Shown piece by piece: positions 50,090 to 62,817 of a stretch of DNA of 64,000 nt (its first letter is position 1; the number at the start of each line of letters is the position of its first letter). Where the stretch lies: the NCBI GenBank assembly GCA_030390025.1, contig JASTWF010000033.1:2792001-2856000 (forward strand), in the 5' to 3' direction. Source of the stretch: Squalus acanthias (taxonomy: Eukaryota). Both the position numbers and the translations under genes were made by a program. The notes below the pieces were generated by a model. The model ran no database searches. It was not told the DNA's origin and was given only the letters and a program-made list of their open reading frames with translations.

Positions 50090-50720
50090 GGGGCAAAGAG
50101 ATGGTATGGAAATGGAATGGCAGCCAGCATAAAAGGTAATCCAAAAGCCTTCTACAGGCATTTAAATAGAAAAATGGTATTAAGAGGAGGGGTGAAGCTG
50201 AATGGGACCAAAATGGAGACCTGCGCATGGAGGCAGAGGGCATGGCTGAGCTATTAAATGAGTACTTTGCATCTGCCTGCACCAAGGAAGAGGATGCTGC
50301 AACAGACATAGTGAAGGAGGAGGAGGTGGAGACACTTGATAGTATAATAATTGATAAAGAAGAGGAATTAGTGAGGCTGGCTGTGCTTAAAGTAGATAAA
50401 TCACCAGGAGCGGATGGGATGCATCCTAGGAAACTGAGGGAAGTAAATGTGGAAATCGCGGAACAACTGGCCATAATATTCCAATCCTCCATAAATACGG
50501 GGATGGTGCCAGAGGACAGGAGAATTGCAAATGTTACACCATTGTTCAAAAAAGGGTATAAAGATAAACTCAGCAACTACAGGCCAGTTAGGTTAACCTC
50601 GGTATATGGAAGCTTTTAAAACAGCAATCAAGGTCAAAATTTACAGTCACTTGGATAGGTGCAGATTAATTAAAGAAAGCCAGCACGGTTTTGTGAAAGG
50701 CTAATCGTGCTTAACCATCG
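50090..50720 (+). mobile_element. CR1 ORF2 fragment
   Basis: ORF 50227-50619 KSPGADGMHPR...NYRPVRLTS. Confidence 0.8.
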
Positions 50721-50789
50721 TATTTTTCGCTGCCGAACGGCCTACACCTGCTCCTGTTTCTTATGTAGTGATGTTAAGATTGGGTCCCA

Positions 50790-52348
50790 CTTGAGAAATC
50801 TTAAAAGAAGTGGCTTGTGAGATAGTTGATGCGTTAGTTTTAATTTTCCAAAATTCCCTAGATTCGGGGAAGGTTCCATTAGATTGGAAAATAGCGAACG
50901 TAACTCCTTTATTCAAAAAGGGAGGGAGACAGAAAGCAGGAAACTACAGGCCAGTTAGCTTAACATCTGTCATAGGGAAGATGTTAGAAGCTATTATTAA
51001 AGAAGTTATAGCAGGGCACTTAGAAAAGTTCAAAGTAATCAGGCAGACTCAACATGGTTTTGTGCAAGGGAAATCATGTTTTACCAATTTATTGGAGTTC
51101 TTTGAGGAAGTAACGTATGCTGTGCATAAATGGGAATCGGTGGATGTACTGTTGTTAGATTTCCAGAAGGCATTTGATAAGTTGCCACATCAAAGGTTAT
51201 TGCGGAAAATAAAAGTTCATGGTGTAGGGGGTAACATATTGGCATGGATAGAAGATTGGCTAGCTAACAGGAAACAGAGAGTAGGCATAAATGGGTCATT
51301 TCCTGATTGGCAAAACGTAACAAGTGGTGTACCACAGAGATCAGTGCTGGGGCCTCAACTTTTTACAATTTATATGAATGACTTGGATGAAGGGACCGAA
51401 GGTTGGGTTGCTAAATTTGCTGATGACACAAAGATAGGTAGGAAAGTAAATTGTGAAGAGGACATAAGGAGGCTACAAAGGGATATAGATAGGTTAAGTG
51501 AGTGGGGAATGAACTGGCAAATGGAGTATAATAAGGGAAAATGTGAAGTTGTCCATTTTGCCAGGAAGAATAAAAAAGAAGCATATTATCTAAATGCTGA
51601 GAGATTGCAGAGCTCTGAGATGCAGAAGGATCTGGGTGTCCGAGTGCATGAATCGTAAAAGGTTACTATGCAGGTACAGCAAGTAATTAGGAAATCTAAT
51701 AAAATGTTCTCGTTTATTGAGAGGGGAATTGAATACAGAAGTAGGGAGGTTATGTTTCATTTATACAGTGCATTGGTGAAACCACATTTGGAGTACTGTG
51801 TACAGTATTGGTCTCCTTATTTAAGGAAGGATGTAAATGCGTTGGAAGCAGTTCAGAGAAGGTTTACTAGAATAATACCTGGAATGGGCGGGTTGTCTTA
51901 TGAGGAAACGTTGGACAGGCTAGGCTTGTATCCGCTGGAGTTTAGAAGAGAAAGAGGCGACTTGATTGAAACATATAAGATCCTCAGGGGTCTGGACAGG
52001 GTGGATGTGGAGAGGATGATTCCACTTGTGGGAGAATCTAGAACTAGGGGTCACTGTTTAAAAATAATTGGTCGCCCATTTAAGACAGAGATGAGGAGAA
52101 TTTTTATCTCACAGAGGGTCGTGAGTCTTTGGAACTCTCTTCCTCAGAGGGCGGTGGAAACAGAGTCTTTGAATATTTTTAAGGCAGAGGTAGATAGATT
52201 CTTGATAAGCAAGGGGGTGAAAAGTTATCGGGGGTAGGCGGGAATGTGGAGTAATCGGATCAGCCATGATCTTATTGAATGGCGGAGCAGGCTCGAAGGG
52301 CCGAGTGGCCTACTCCTGCTCCGAATTCGTATGTTCGTATGTTCGTAA
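50790..52348 (+). mobile_element. 5'-truncated CR1 LINE
   Basis: RT ORFs 50810-51658 and 51668-52237 (one stop); (ttcgtatg)n tail. Confidence 0.92.
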
Positions 52349-52504
52349 TAACCATACTTAGCACAATAACAACAAGTGGGTCAGGTTATCCATATCAGTC
52401 AGATGGAACACCTGTGAGGTAAAAAGTTGTGCTTGCTTCTTACATTATATTTGCTTCAATTATTTCCTTTTTAATCTAGTTTTAAACCGGAACAACCACA
52501 GATT

Positions 52505-54030
52505 CATAGAATCATAGAGATATACAGCACAGAAAGAGGCCCTTCGGCTCATCGTGTCTGCGACGGCCATCAAGCCCTGTCTATTCTAATCCCATTTTCC
52601 AGCACTTGGTCCGTAACCTTGTAGGCTATGATGTTTCATGTGCTCATTTAAATCCTTCTTGAATGTTTTGAGGGTTCAGGCCTCGACCATCCTTTCAGGC
52701 AGTGAGTTCTAGATTCCAACCACCCTCTGGATGAAAAATGTTTTCCTTAAATCCCCTCTAAACCTCTTGCCCCTTACCTTGAATCTATGCCCCCTGGTTA
52801 TTGACCCCTCTAATAAGGGGAAATGTTCCTCACTATCTACCCTATCCATGCCCCTCATAATTTTGTATACCTCAATTAGGACCCACTCAGCCTTCGTGCT
52901 CCAAGGAAAACCACCCCAGCATGTCCAGTCTCCATTCATAGCTGAAACGCTCCAGCCCAGGTAACATCCTGGTGAATCTTTTCTGCACCCTCTCCAATGC
53001 AATCACATCCTTCCTATAGTGTGGCGACCAGAACTGCACACAGTATTCCAGCTGTGGCCTAACTAGCATTTTGTACAGCTCCATCATAACCTTCCTGTTC
53101 TTATATTCTATGCCTTGGCTAATGAAGCCAAGTATCCCATATGCCTTCTTAATCACCTTATCTACCTCTTCTGCTGCCTTCAGGGATCTATGTACATGCA
53201 CACCAAGGTCGCTCTGATCCCCTGTCCTTCCTAGGGTCCTGCCATTCATTGTGTATTCCCTTGCCTTGTTAGTCCGCCCAAAATGCACTCACACTTTTCA
53301 ATGTTAAATTCCATTTGCCACTGTTCTGCCCATCTGACCAACCCGTCTATATCGTCCTGTAGACTGAGGCTTCCCTCCTCGCTATTAACCATCTACCAAT
53401 TTTAGTGTCGTCTGCGAAGTTACTGATCATACCTCCTACATTCATCTCTAAATCATTAATGCACACTACAAACAGCAACGGACACAGCACCAATCCCTGC
53501 GGTACGCCACTGGACACAGGCTTCCAGTCACAAAAACAACCTTTGACCATCACCTTCTGCCTCCTGCCACTAAGCCAATTTTGGATCCAATGTGCGAAAT
53601 TGCCCTGGATCCCATGGACTCTTACCTGCTTGACCAGTCTCCCATGCGGGACTTAGTCAAAAGCCTTACTGAAGTCCATGTAGACTACATCAACTGCACT
53701 ACCCTCATCCACACACCTAGTCAACCCCTCGAAAATTTCAATCAAATTGGTTAGACATGATCTCCCCCTGACAAAGCCATGCTGACTATTCTTGATTAAT
53801 CCTTTCCTCTCCAAGTGGAGACTAATTCGGTCCCTCAGATTTTTTTCCAATAATTTCCCTGCCGCTGACGTTGGGCTCACTGTCCTGTAATTCCCTGGTT
53901 TATCCCTACTACCCTTCTTGAATAATGGTACTACATTAGCTGTCCGCCAGTCCTCTGGCAACTCCCCTGTGGCCAGAGAGGTTCTGAAAATGTGTGTCAG
54001 AGCCCCTGCAATCTTCTCCCTTGCCCGAAT
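52505..54030 (-). mobile_element. 5'-truncated CR1/HER1 LINE
   Basis: ORFs 52709-54132 with YMDFSKAFD, GVPQG, FADD; catagaat tail. Confidence 0.9.
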
Positions 54031-54644
54031 AACGTCATCTCCTACACAAAACCTTGGGAAAATTACAAATTGATTTGGTAACTTTTCTTGCATTGCATAG
54101 AAGTACATAGGATTACATAGGATATACAGCACATAAACAGGCCATTCGGCCCAATCAGTCCATGCCGGCGTTTATGCTCCACTAGAGCCTCCTCCCGTCT
54201 TTCCACATCTAACACTATCAGCATAACCCACTATTCCCTTCTCCTTCATATGACTATCAACCAGCTCTCCCGCAACCGGTGCGGTCTCCCTTCGAGCCTT
54301 TCCGTGCCTTGTCTGTGAGGAAGTTTTCTGATTGTCCCGAAGCCGGTATTAGGTTTATATTCCTGATCTGCAGTAACGAGAATCTTTCACTTGACTCCGA
54401 TCAGTTAACTTCACCGGTAACATCAGAGTAAATGTCTCATTGTCTTAAACCAGGGAAAGGTGCCTGGACCGCCTCTCGTCAGTCGGGCAGCTCAGCTCTT
54501 CATTCTCCGCTCATTCCGTTTCCAAAAGCGTTTCTAAAGATTCACAAAACTGTTCACTGTATTTTCTTGTTTTGTTCTTTTCGATTTTTCCCGCTCCCAA
54601 CTGGCAATATTTTACAAATGTCGTCGCAATCCTCCGCCTTACAT

Positions 54645-55110
54645 CATGTCCAGGGATGAGGGACTTCAGTGATGTGGAGAGGATGGAGAATCTGGGATTG
54701 TTCTACTTATGGCAGAGAAGGTTAACGGGAGATTTAATAGAGGTGTTCACCATTATGGGGCGGGTGGGGGCGTTGATGGAGCAGACAGGGAGAAACTGAT
54801 TCCACTGGTAGGAGGATCGGTTACCAGAGGACACAGATTTAAGATAATCGATACAACAAAAAGCCAGGGGGGAGGCGAGGCGATTTTTTTTTACGCAGCG
54901 AGTTGTTATGATCTGGAATGCACTCCTTGAAAGGTCGGTGGAAGCTGATTCAATAGTATCTTTCAAAAGGGAAGATAAAAAGTAAAACATTGCAGGTCTA
55001 AGGTGGAAGAGCAGGAGAGTGGGACTAATTGGAAAGCTCTTTCAAAGACCCGGCACAGGCACGATGGGCCGAATGGCCTCCTTTAGTGCTGTATGATTCT
55101 ATGATTCTAT
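54645..55110 (+). mobile_element. CR1 LINE 3' end
   Basis: RRLTGDLIEVF; ttctatgattctatg tail. Confidence 0.78.
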
Positions 55111-55317
55111 GTCCCATCCTTGACAGCAGTCCCTACCCGCGGGAAGCGTTTCCCCACCTCTCCCGTGTGTGAGCTGTAAAATGTAGTGGAGGAGAAGGAT
55201 TGTGAGCATTTAGTGTGGGACAAAAGTGATGTTGTTTAAGGTGAACCAACACATTCCCGATCAGCACAGAGGGAGTTCACTGGTCAGTTCCGCTCTGATG
55301 TAGCTGTACCGCCAGCG

Positions 55318-55390
55318 GTTTCTGTGGTGTGGTGGTTATCACATTCGCTTTACACGTGAAAGGTCTCCGGTTCGATCCGGGGCGGGTTCA
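55318..55390 (+). tRNA. tRNA-Val(TAC), degenerate
   Basis: gtttctgtggtgtggtggttatcacattcgctttacacgtgaaaggtctccggttcgatccggggcgggttca + tttt. Confidence 0.8.
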
Positions 55391-55878
55391 TTTTCTTTTA
55401 ACTTGTTGTGGATGAACATCTCGAGGCGAGTTTATTCTCCTGTCAAAAGGGCTACAGTGGCGGCTCCCTTGTTATTTTATTGCTCTTTATTTCACTTCAC
55501 TATATAGATAACTTTGAGTGAGAGAATACTGATCAACAGAGACGCCCATTTCATCTTTTGATCGCTTTGGGAATCTCCGAATCCGTCCCCGGTAAAGTTC
55601 AGAAATGTAATTCATTAATCTGCACGGTGGCCGTCAGTAAGAAGCCTTTTCTGTCAGAATGCGGGAGCGGAGCTGGTTTCAGGCTGAAGATTGCCGCTAC
55701 TGTCGATAGATTTTTGTTGGTTAAGGGTATTATGGGTTACGGAACCTAAGCAGTTAGATAGAGTTCAGATACAGATCAGCCCGTGATCTAATTGAATGGC
55801 GGAACAGGCTCGAGGGGCTGAATGGTCTCCTCCTCTTCCTATTGAGTCGTTGCAATGCAATGCACCCGAGTGCTGAGG

Positions 55879-55951
55879 GTTTCCGGTGTGTTGTGGTTAT
55901 CGCAGTCCGCTAACACACGACAACTCAACGGTTCGAAAGTGGGTAGAGGCA
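55879..55951 (+). pseudogene. tRNA-Val(AAC) pseudogene
   Basis: gtttccggtgtgttgtggttatc....ctaacac...cggttcgaaa. Confidence 0.6.
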
Positions 55952-56335
55952 ACCTGATGGCTTTTCTCCATTCAAGTTCAGTAAATATGAAAACTGGAAT
56001 CAATTACATGTTTGGTTAAGTATGAATAAAATACGCTTTGACAGGCGAATTATGCCACTCAAATGGCATAGTTACAGTGAGCGAAGTAATTCTCAATGAT
56101 GTTTCCCATATAGGACACAGTTTTGGTTGCATACTATAAGGTATTTTGGGGAAAGTTGGCGCTGATTTAGGGAATCTCATCCTCGTGTGTCGTTACTGAA
56201 GATGTCGACTTATTTTATTTAAAAATTGAGGCTCGGAACCTTGTCATTGAGAATGTTGGAGCAGAACAACACAGATTAATAGGATAACACAGGGTCAGCG
56301 ATAGGATTCAAATTGCAGTTTCAATCGGTCTGTAT

Positions 56336-56436
56336 GGCTATCTTTTTAATAAGTTGGTCTCGGGTTGTGATTGTCGCTTCGGGGTTGTTAGTTAAATTTT
56401 GCCAGAAGTTCCCGGATTCAAATCCCGGACGAGCCC
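56336..56436 (+). tRNA. tRNA-Pro(CGG)-derived, degenerate, with 16-nt insert after position 37 and an insertion in the acceptor stem
   Basis: GGCT[atctttttaataa]GTTGGTCT..GATTgTCGCTTCGGG [gttgttagttaaattt] TGCcAGAaGTtCCcGGATTCAAATCCCGGACGAGCCC. Confidence 0.78.
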
Positions 56437-56715
56437 GCGTTTGGAAATTGCAGTTGAAACTTTTGCAAGAAAGACTTGTCTTTCTACAGCGCCTTTCACC
56501 CGCTCAGGACGTCACAGCTGTTTCTCGTCGAAATTGATCCCAACGAGAGTGATGTGATTCGGCGAGTGAAATCACGGAGCTTTTCAGGAGGTTACTCACT
56601 TTGGAATGAAATATGTTCCCATATATTCGATTGGGGAAATGTTAGTGGAAGAGAGTCAGTGGAGAGAGAGAGAGAGAGAATCAACAATTCAATCTCGCCT
56701 TTGACACGTTCTTTC

Positions 56716-56787
56716 CTGTTTGTGGTGTAATGGTGAGCATTCTGGACTCTGAAGCCAGCGCTCTGAGTTCAACTGTCTGTGGAACTT
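56716..56787 (+). pseudogene. tRNA-Gln(CTG), degenerate
   Basis: tggtgtaatggtgagcattctggactctgaagccagcg.tctgagttcaa. Confidence 0.8.
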
Positions 56788-57093
56788 GTTTTGTGTCAAT
56801 CTCTATGATTCCCATGGAAATGGCGACACTTTTTAAAATCTGCAGACAGATCGATTCTAGTAAATAACATTCCACAAGCCTGCAATCCTGAGCTGCTGCT
56901 GCAATCCATGTTACTGGAGCTCTGAGTCCAGCTCCTGCCACAATGACAGAATGCTGTTCTTGGCGGAGATTGTTGAAACGATGCGTCTCTTTGTGTCAGA
57001 CCACAAGTCTCACTGAACAGGAGTTAAGAAAGATTCCAGTGACTGTGATTGGGAGGAGAGCTGGAGAAAACAGAGTTGGCTCAGAGGAGCGCA

Positions 57094-57165
57094 CGTGGAA
57101 TGGTGTGATGGTGAGCACTCTGGACTTTGAATCCAGTGATCTTACTTTAAATCTCGGTGGATCCT
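57094..57165 (+). pseudogene. tRNA-Gln(TTG), degenerate
   Basis: atggtgtgatggtgagcactctggactttgaatccagtgatc....aaatctcggtggatcct. Confidence 0.8.
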
Positions 57166-57504
57166 GAATTCTTGTCCCGGCTGTTGGAAAATTTGGAGTA
57201 AACAAGGAAAAGTCTCATGGAAACCAATCGCTGCTCTGTGCCGTTTGCTGCCTTCATCAATGAGGATTGATCTCCTTGTCTAGATGTCAAATCACAAGCT
57301 CAGCCTGTCTTTCCCTGTTCCAAATCAGTGGAAGTGAAAGTTGTTTGTTGTCCAATGCAGCGTCTGTCTGCACAACATCATGGTGTTTGCTGAACTTCTC
57401 TTTGTAATCTGCATTCAGAAGTCAGACTTGTAGAGTTTCAAAGCATTGCTTCTTGAAATGCAGACATTGCATGTAGTATGTTCTCGCACTAGTGCAAATC
57501 CCTC

Positions 57505-57868
57505 AAATGCCTCGCCCCTTTCTATCTCTGTAATCTCCTCCAGCCCTACAACTCCCCCCGATATCTGCGCTCCTCCAATTCAGGGCTCTTAACAGCCCTG
57601 ACTTTAATCGCTCCACCATGGGTGGCCGTGCCTTCAGCTGCCGAGGACCTAAACTCTGGAATTCCCTCCCTGAACCTCTCCGCCTCTCTATCTCTCTTTC
57701 CTCTTTTAACCCGCTCCTTAAAACCTACCTCTGTGACCAACTTTCGATCATCTGTGCTAATAATTCCTTTTGCGGCTAGGTGTCAAAATTTGATTCAGAA
57801 CGCTCCTGTGAAGCGCCTTGGGACGGTAGACGCCGGTAAAGGCGCGATATAGATGCAAGTTGTTGTTT
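57505..57868 (+). mobile_element. LINE (L2-like) 3' end sharing the ggcgc.atata.atgcaagttgttgtt tail; reverse copy at ~39390-39615
   Basis: gccgtgccttcagctg...ctctggaattccctccct...aaaacctacctct. Confidence 0.55.
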
Positions 57869-57924
57869 ATGACAAAAGAGGCAAGTTTCTTTCAAATATT
57901 TGCTCTCAATAAGATGTCAGTGTC

Positions 57925-57996
57925 GGTTCCATGGTGTAATGGTGAACACTGTGGACTTTGAATCCAGCGATCTGACGTCAAATCTCAGTAGGACCT
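57925..57996 (+). pseudogene. tRNA-Gln(TTG), degenerate
   Basis: ggttccatggtgtaatggtgaacactgtggactttgaatccagcgatctgacgtcaaatctcagtaggacct. Confidence 0.82.
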
Positions 57997-58517
57997 GATT
58001 TGTGTCAATCTCTGTGTTTTACATGTAAATGCAGACACTTGTTAAAATCTGCGACAGATCGATTCTAGACTACAACATTCCACAAACCCCCAGTCGCCTG
58101 AACTGCTGCTTCAATCCATGTTACTGGAGCTCTCAGTCCAGCTCCTGGCACAATGACAGATTTTGCTCTTGACTGAGATAGTTCACTTTTCAGTTGAAAC
58201 GATTGATCTCTTTGCGTCAGACAACAAGTGCCACTGAGCTGGAGTTAGAAAAGATAACAAATGCAAAATACTGCGGACGCTGGAAATCTAAAAACACTCC
58301 AGAAAATACAGGAAAATCTCAGCAGGTCAGGCAGCATCTGTGGAGAGAGAAACCGAGTTAACGTTTCAGGTGAATGACCCTTTGTCACAACTTTGTTGGA
58401 CTCTCCACAGATGCTGCCTGACCTGTTGAGTATTTCCAGCACTGGCAGAAACGATTCCACTGGCTGTGAATGGTAGCAGAGATTGAGAAAACAGAGTTGG
58501 CTCAAGCAGCGGGTGTG

Positions 58518-58589
58518 TGTTCCATGGTGTAATGGTGATCACTCTGGACTTTGAATCCAGTGATCTGATTTTAAATCTCGGTGGAACCT
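58518..58589 (+). pseudogene. tRNA-Gln(TTG), degenerate B box
   Basis: gttccatggtgtaatggtgatcactctggactttgaatccagtgatctgattttaaatctcggtggaacct. Confidence 0.82.
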
Positions 58590-59404
58590 GATTTCTTCTT
58601 GTCCCAGCTGTTGGAAAATTTAGAACAAAGAAGTAAAAGGCACCTGAGCCAATCGCTGCTCTGGGCAGTTTGCTGCATGAATCAATGAGGATTGAGCGCC
58701 TTATCTAGATGTCAAATCATAATTTTCCTGTTCCAAATCAGCGGAAGAGAAAGTTTGTTGTTCAATGCAGCTTTTAACTGCTCAACAGAATGCTGTTTGA
58801 TGAAATGTTCATTTCCATCTGCAGTCAGCTGGTAGACATGAAGAACTTCGAAGCAGTGCTTCCTGAAATGCAAGCAATGCATGTATTGTGTTCTCGCCCT
58901 CGAGCAAATTTTACATTGTCTTTTGCAGCTTTGTGCATCAGTTCCTTGCAATGCTGAAACACTTTCTATCTGGTAAGACTGTAATATAAGCTGTGTTGTG
59001 CAGTGTGAATGTTCAGCATCGACACTTAGCGGAGTGTTAAGTCTTGTATCTGTAGCTATGGATGAGAAAAGGCCGAGTCAAAGTGGAATAGTGGAGATAA
59101 CCTTGTCTACGATTTGCAATTTTGCTGGGCGGAAAGATTTGGAAGTAGCCTTGAGGGGGCAGCGATGTATCGTCATTGAGTGCTGGTCCCCGCCACAAAC
59201 TCCGTTCCCTGGCCACCGACTCCATCCCTATCTCTGGTCACTGTCTGAGGCTGAACCAGTCTGTTCGCGACCTTGGTGTCGTATTTCACCCACCTGGCAC
59301 AGTGGGATTTAAACTCACGGCCTCGGATCATTAGTCCAGGTCTCTGGATTACTGGTCGAGTAACAGAACCACTGTGACGCCATACCACGTCATTAATCGT
59401 TAAA

Positions 59405-60783
59405 CAAAGAAAACATAGTAAAATAGGAGCAGGAGTGGGCCATTCGGCCCTTCGAGCCTGCTCCACCATTCAATATGATCATGGCTGATCCTCTAACTCA
59501 ATACCATATTAGCTCTCTCTCCCCATTCCCCGTGATACCTTTTGTGTCTAGAAATGTATGTCATTCTTAAATATATTCTTGTGAACCTTCGCTGCACTCC
59601 ATCTATGGCAAGTATGCCCTTTCTTAGGTAAGGAGACCAAAACTGCACACTGTACTCCAGGTGTGGTCTCACCAAGGCCCTTTATAACTGTAGTAAGGCA
59701 TCCTTGCTCCTGTATTCAAATGATTTTGCAATGAAGGCCAAAATAACATTTTCCTTCCTAACTGCTTGCTGCATGTTTGCTTTCAGTGACTGGTGAACAA
59801 GGACACCCAAGTCCCTTTGTGCATCAGCATTTCCCAATCTATCGCAATTTATATAAAACTCTGCCTTTCTGTTTGTCCTACCGATTTGGATAACTTCACA
59901 GTTATCCACGTTATACTGCATCTGCCATGTATTTGCCCACTCACTCAACTTGTCTAAATCGCCTTGAAGCCTCGTTGCATCCTCCTCACAACTCACAATC
60001 CCACCTAGTTTCGTGTCGTCAGCAAATTGGAAATATTACATTTGGTTCTCTCATCCAAATCATTGATATATATTGTGAATAGCTGGGGCCCAAGCACTGA
60101 TCCCTGCGGTACCCCACTAGTCACCGCCTGCCACCTCGAAAAGGACCAATTTATTCCTATTCTCTGTTTCCTGTCTGTTAACCAATTTTCAATCCATGCC
60201 AGTATATTACCCCAATCCCATATGCTTTAATTTTGCACACTAACCACTTACGTGGGACTTTATCTGAAAATCCAAATACACATATCCACTGGTTCTCCCT
60301 TATCTATTCTACCAGTTATATCCTCAAAAAACTCCAGTCGGTTTGTCGAAAACTATTTCCCTTTCATAAATCCGTGTTGACTTTGTCTAATCCCGTTGAT
60401 ATTTTCTAAGTGTCCTGCTATCACATCCTTTATAATAGACTCTAGCATGTTCCCTACTGCTGATCTTAGGTTATCCGGTCTGTAGTTCCCTGTTTTCTCT
60501 CTCCTTCCTTTTTTAAATAGTGGGTTTACATTTGCTACCATCCAATCTTCAGGATCTTTTCCATAATCTATAGAATTTTGGAAGATGACAACCAAGGCAT
60601 CCACTAGTCCCATGGCTACCTCTTTTAGTACTCTGGGATGCAGTGTATCAGGCCCTGGGGATTAATCGGCTTTCAGTCCCATTCAATTCTCCAGCACTAT
60701 TGTTTTACTAATTCTGATTTCCTTTAATTCCTCCTTCTCACTAGACCCTTGGTTCCCTAGCATTTCTGAAAAGTTATTTGTGT
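59405..60783 (-). mobile_element. CR1 LINE interrupted by the ERV insertion
   Basis: ORFs 59493-60613 with CR1 RT segments; sequence stops abruptly at the LTR edge. Confidence 0.85.
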
Positions 60784-61263
60784 TGTTGGTTAAAAATGAA
60801 TTCACTCGAGTCTGTGTCAAAGGAGAAGATCACAGTTTATTCAACAGTGTACTCTGGGAGAAGAGTCATAGACCCCGCGGTCTAGTTAATTCACTTCTTG
60901 AACTTGCAGTGATACCGGAAATTCTTTTATACATTATAGGGCCGGTTAAGCAGTTCATTACATACAAATGTCTTCACCCAATCACGTTCCCTCAGCAACA
61001 GACTTCTAATTATAAACTGGACTTTAAGCTAAAAAATGTTACTTCCCTATCGAAACTTTCAACATCGAAATGTCGTGTCAGCTTTGTCTAGTCGGACTGG
61101 CAGGTCATGCGGTGATTGGTTCTCAAGTGTAACCGTTGTACCTTGCACGTGCGCATGTTGACCATAGACATTACTCATCGCACTGTGTCAGCGAAACAAT
61201 TCTGTATTTACGAATTTACTTTTTATATTACAATCTTTATACCCTATAATTTTTACTCCAACA
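60784..61263 (-). mobile_element. 3' LTR of endogenous retrovirus (480 bp)
   Basis: TGTTGG...CCAACA termini; polypurine tract (minus acaggagggac, 61264-61274) adjacent; minus-strand TATAAAA (60925-60931) and AATAAA (60836-60841). Confidence 0.85.
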
Positions 61264-61406
61264 GTCCCTCCTGTTGGTCCCTGATCAAAACTCCTTTTGT
61301 GACAGGGAACCAGCATCATACGGATTTTTGGTAATGTAAGTAGATTTGTTTACATTCCAGGGGCTCACATTCCGTTAGTCAGACTGTGGCATCCTTGTAT
61401 AGGGAC

Positions 61407-62713
61407 TCATATCCACACATCTCTCTCTCCGGGTGCCATTTGATTAACCATCATGACACTTACAGCAGGCCGTGACATTTGAGCGCAACAACATTTTAAC
61501 AATAGTGCCAGACCATACATCACTAATATTATAACAAAGAACAAAATCAATCCTTGTACTACTGATGTCCCGAGTGAACTCAACCATCCAGTTGCCCAGC
61601 CCCAAAGGGTGGATGCCGGAGATTGTTTTAATTTTTTTACTTCTTCATGTATGTGTTCTGCCAAGTTAGCTATTGCTTCCGAGTTACCCGGTATATAGGT
61701 ACAACATTCTGTACCTATTAGGGCGCAGGTTCCCCCTTTCTCTGCCAACACATAGTCACGGGCCATCCGATTTTGTAGAGCTACTGTGCGGAGAGCTACC
61801 ATCTCTGCATTAACCTTTACTAGGGCTTCAGCTGTATCGTTGGCCACCTGCTCCAAGACGGAGACAAGGTTAATGGATTCCCTTGCCAATTTAGCTGCTC
61901 CATACCAGGGGAACGCAATTGCCCAGAATCTTTCAGTCTCCGTGATGGCTCATCTGGTTCTCCCGCGGAGGTCCTTCAGTGAACCCATGTGATGTATGTA
62001 GGGTATGACATAAGCCAGATAAAATGAACCCGTCCATTCTCGGGGCAATAAGGGATAGGCCCTATGACCGCACACGAAATGAGTCCCGTTGTAGGGGGTA
62101 TACTTATTTACCTCTGGGGGGTCCCATTGTACTGAGAAGTCACCGCTTCTGTTTAGTGATGGGAGTTTCAACTACCCGTCTCACCAGGCAAGGCAATGTT
62201 ATATGTGCAGTTACTGTAGCCCACAATAGGATCTGTCGGTCGTCCCCTCTTTACGAGATATAGTCCCCCCCCTTGTCCGTTCTTACTCTTTGTTCTCAGG
62301 AACGGTGGTAGATAGGAATCGTTATATGTTGACCGTGTCCACCCACTACCATATTCTGGGTTGTACCCATGACCTTGCAGCTTTGCTATAGCTCTGCCGT
62401 CTGTCTTTGCTTCATAACAGCTCACAGTTGTGCATCCTGCTCTAACTCCAAACATCCAACTGACCGTCTCATCATCACTAAGTGGGAATAGTTGTAGGGG
62501 GACTCCTTCCTCCAAGTGCGTGGGGACATGGGCGCAGACCCAACAGCTGGCAACATCAACTCTCTTGGCATATGTGTATGACATATATAAAAAGGTGCTC
62601 ACCCGTAACCCTAGTTTGGCCCTTTGGGGTACTCTGGCCTGAGTCCTCCCGAGGCTACATATTATGTTTATACAAATTAGGAAACTACACCTGATATTGC
62701 GTAACACGTTCAT
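61407..62713 (-). pseudogene. env: ERV envelope gene, gamma-type (one frameshift near 62170, stop in the furin site)
   Basis: Signal peptide, SU CWVC motif, RTR* furin remnant at 61950, ISD LQNRMARDYVLAEKGG, CX6CC (CALIGTECC), TM anchor. Confidence 0.92.
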
Positions 62714-62817
62714 CTTATCACTTTATGTTAACAATGTCCCAAAGGCTATATCGCCAACCGAACCACTTTGTTGCTTGAAGATTGTATTTTCCTGTGGGGG
62801 TGAAAAGAATACTGTCA

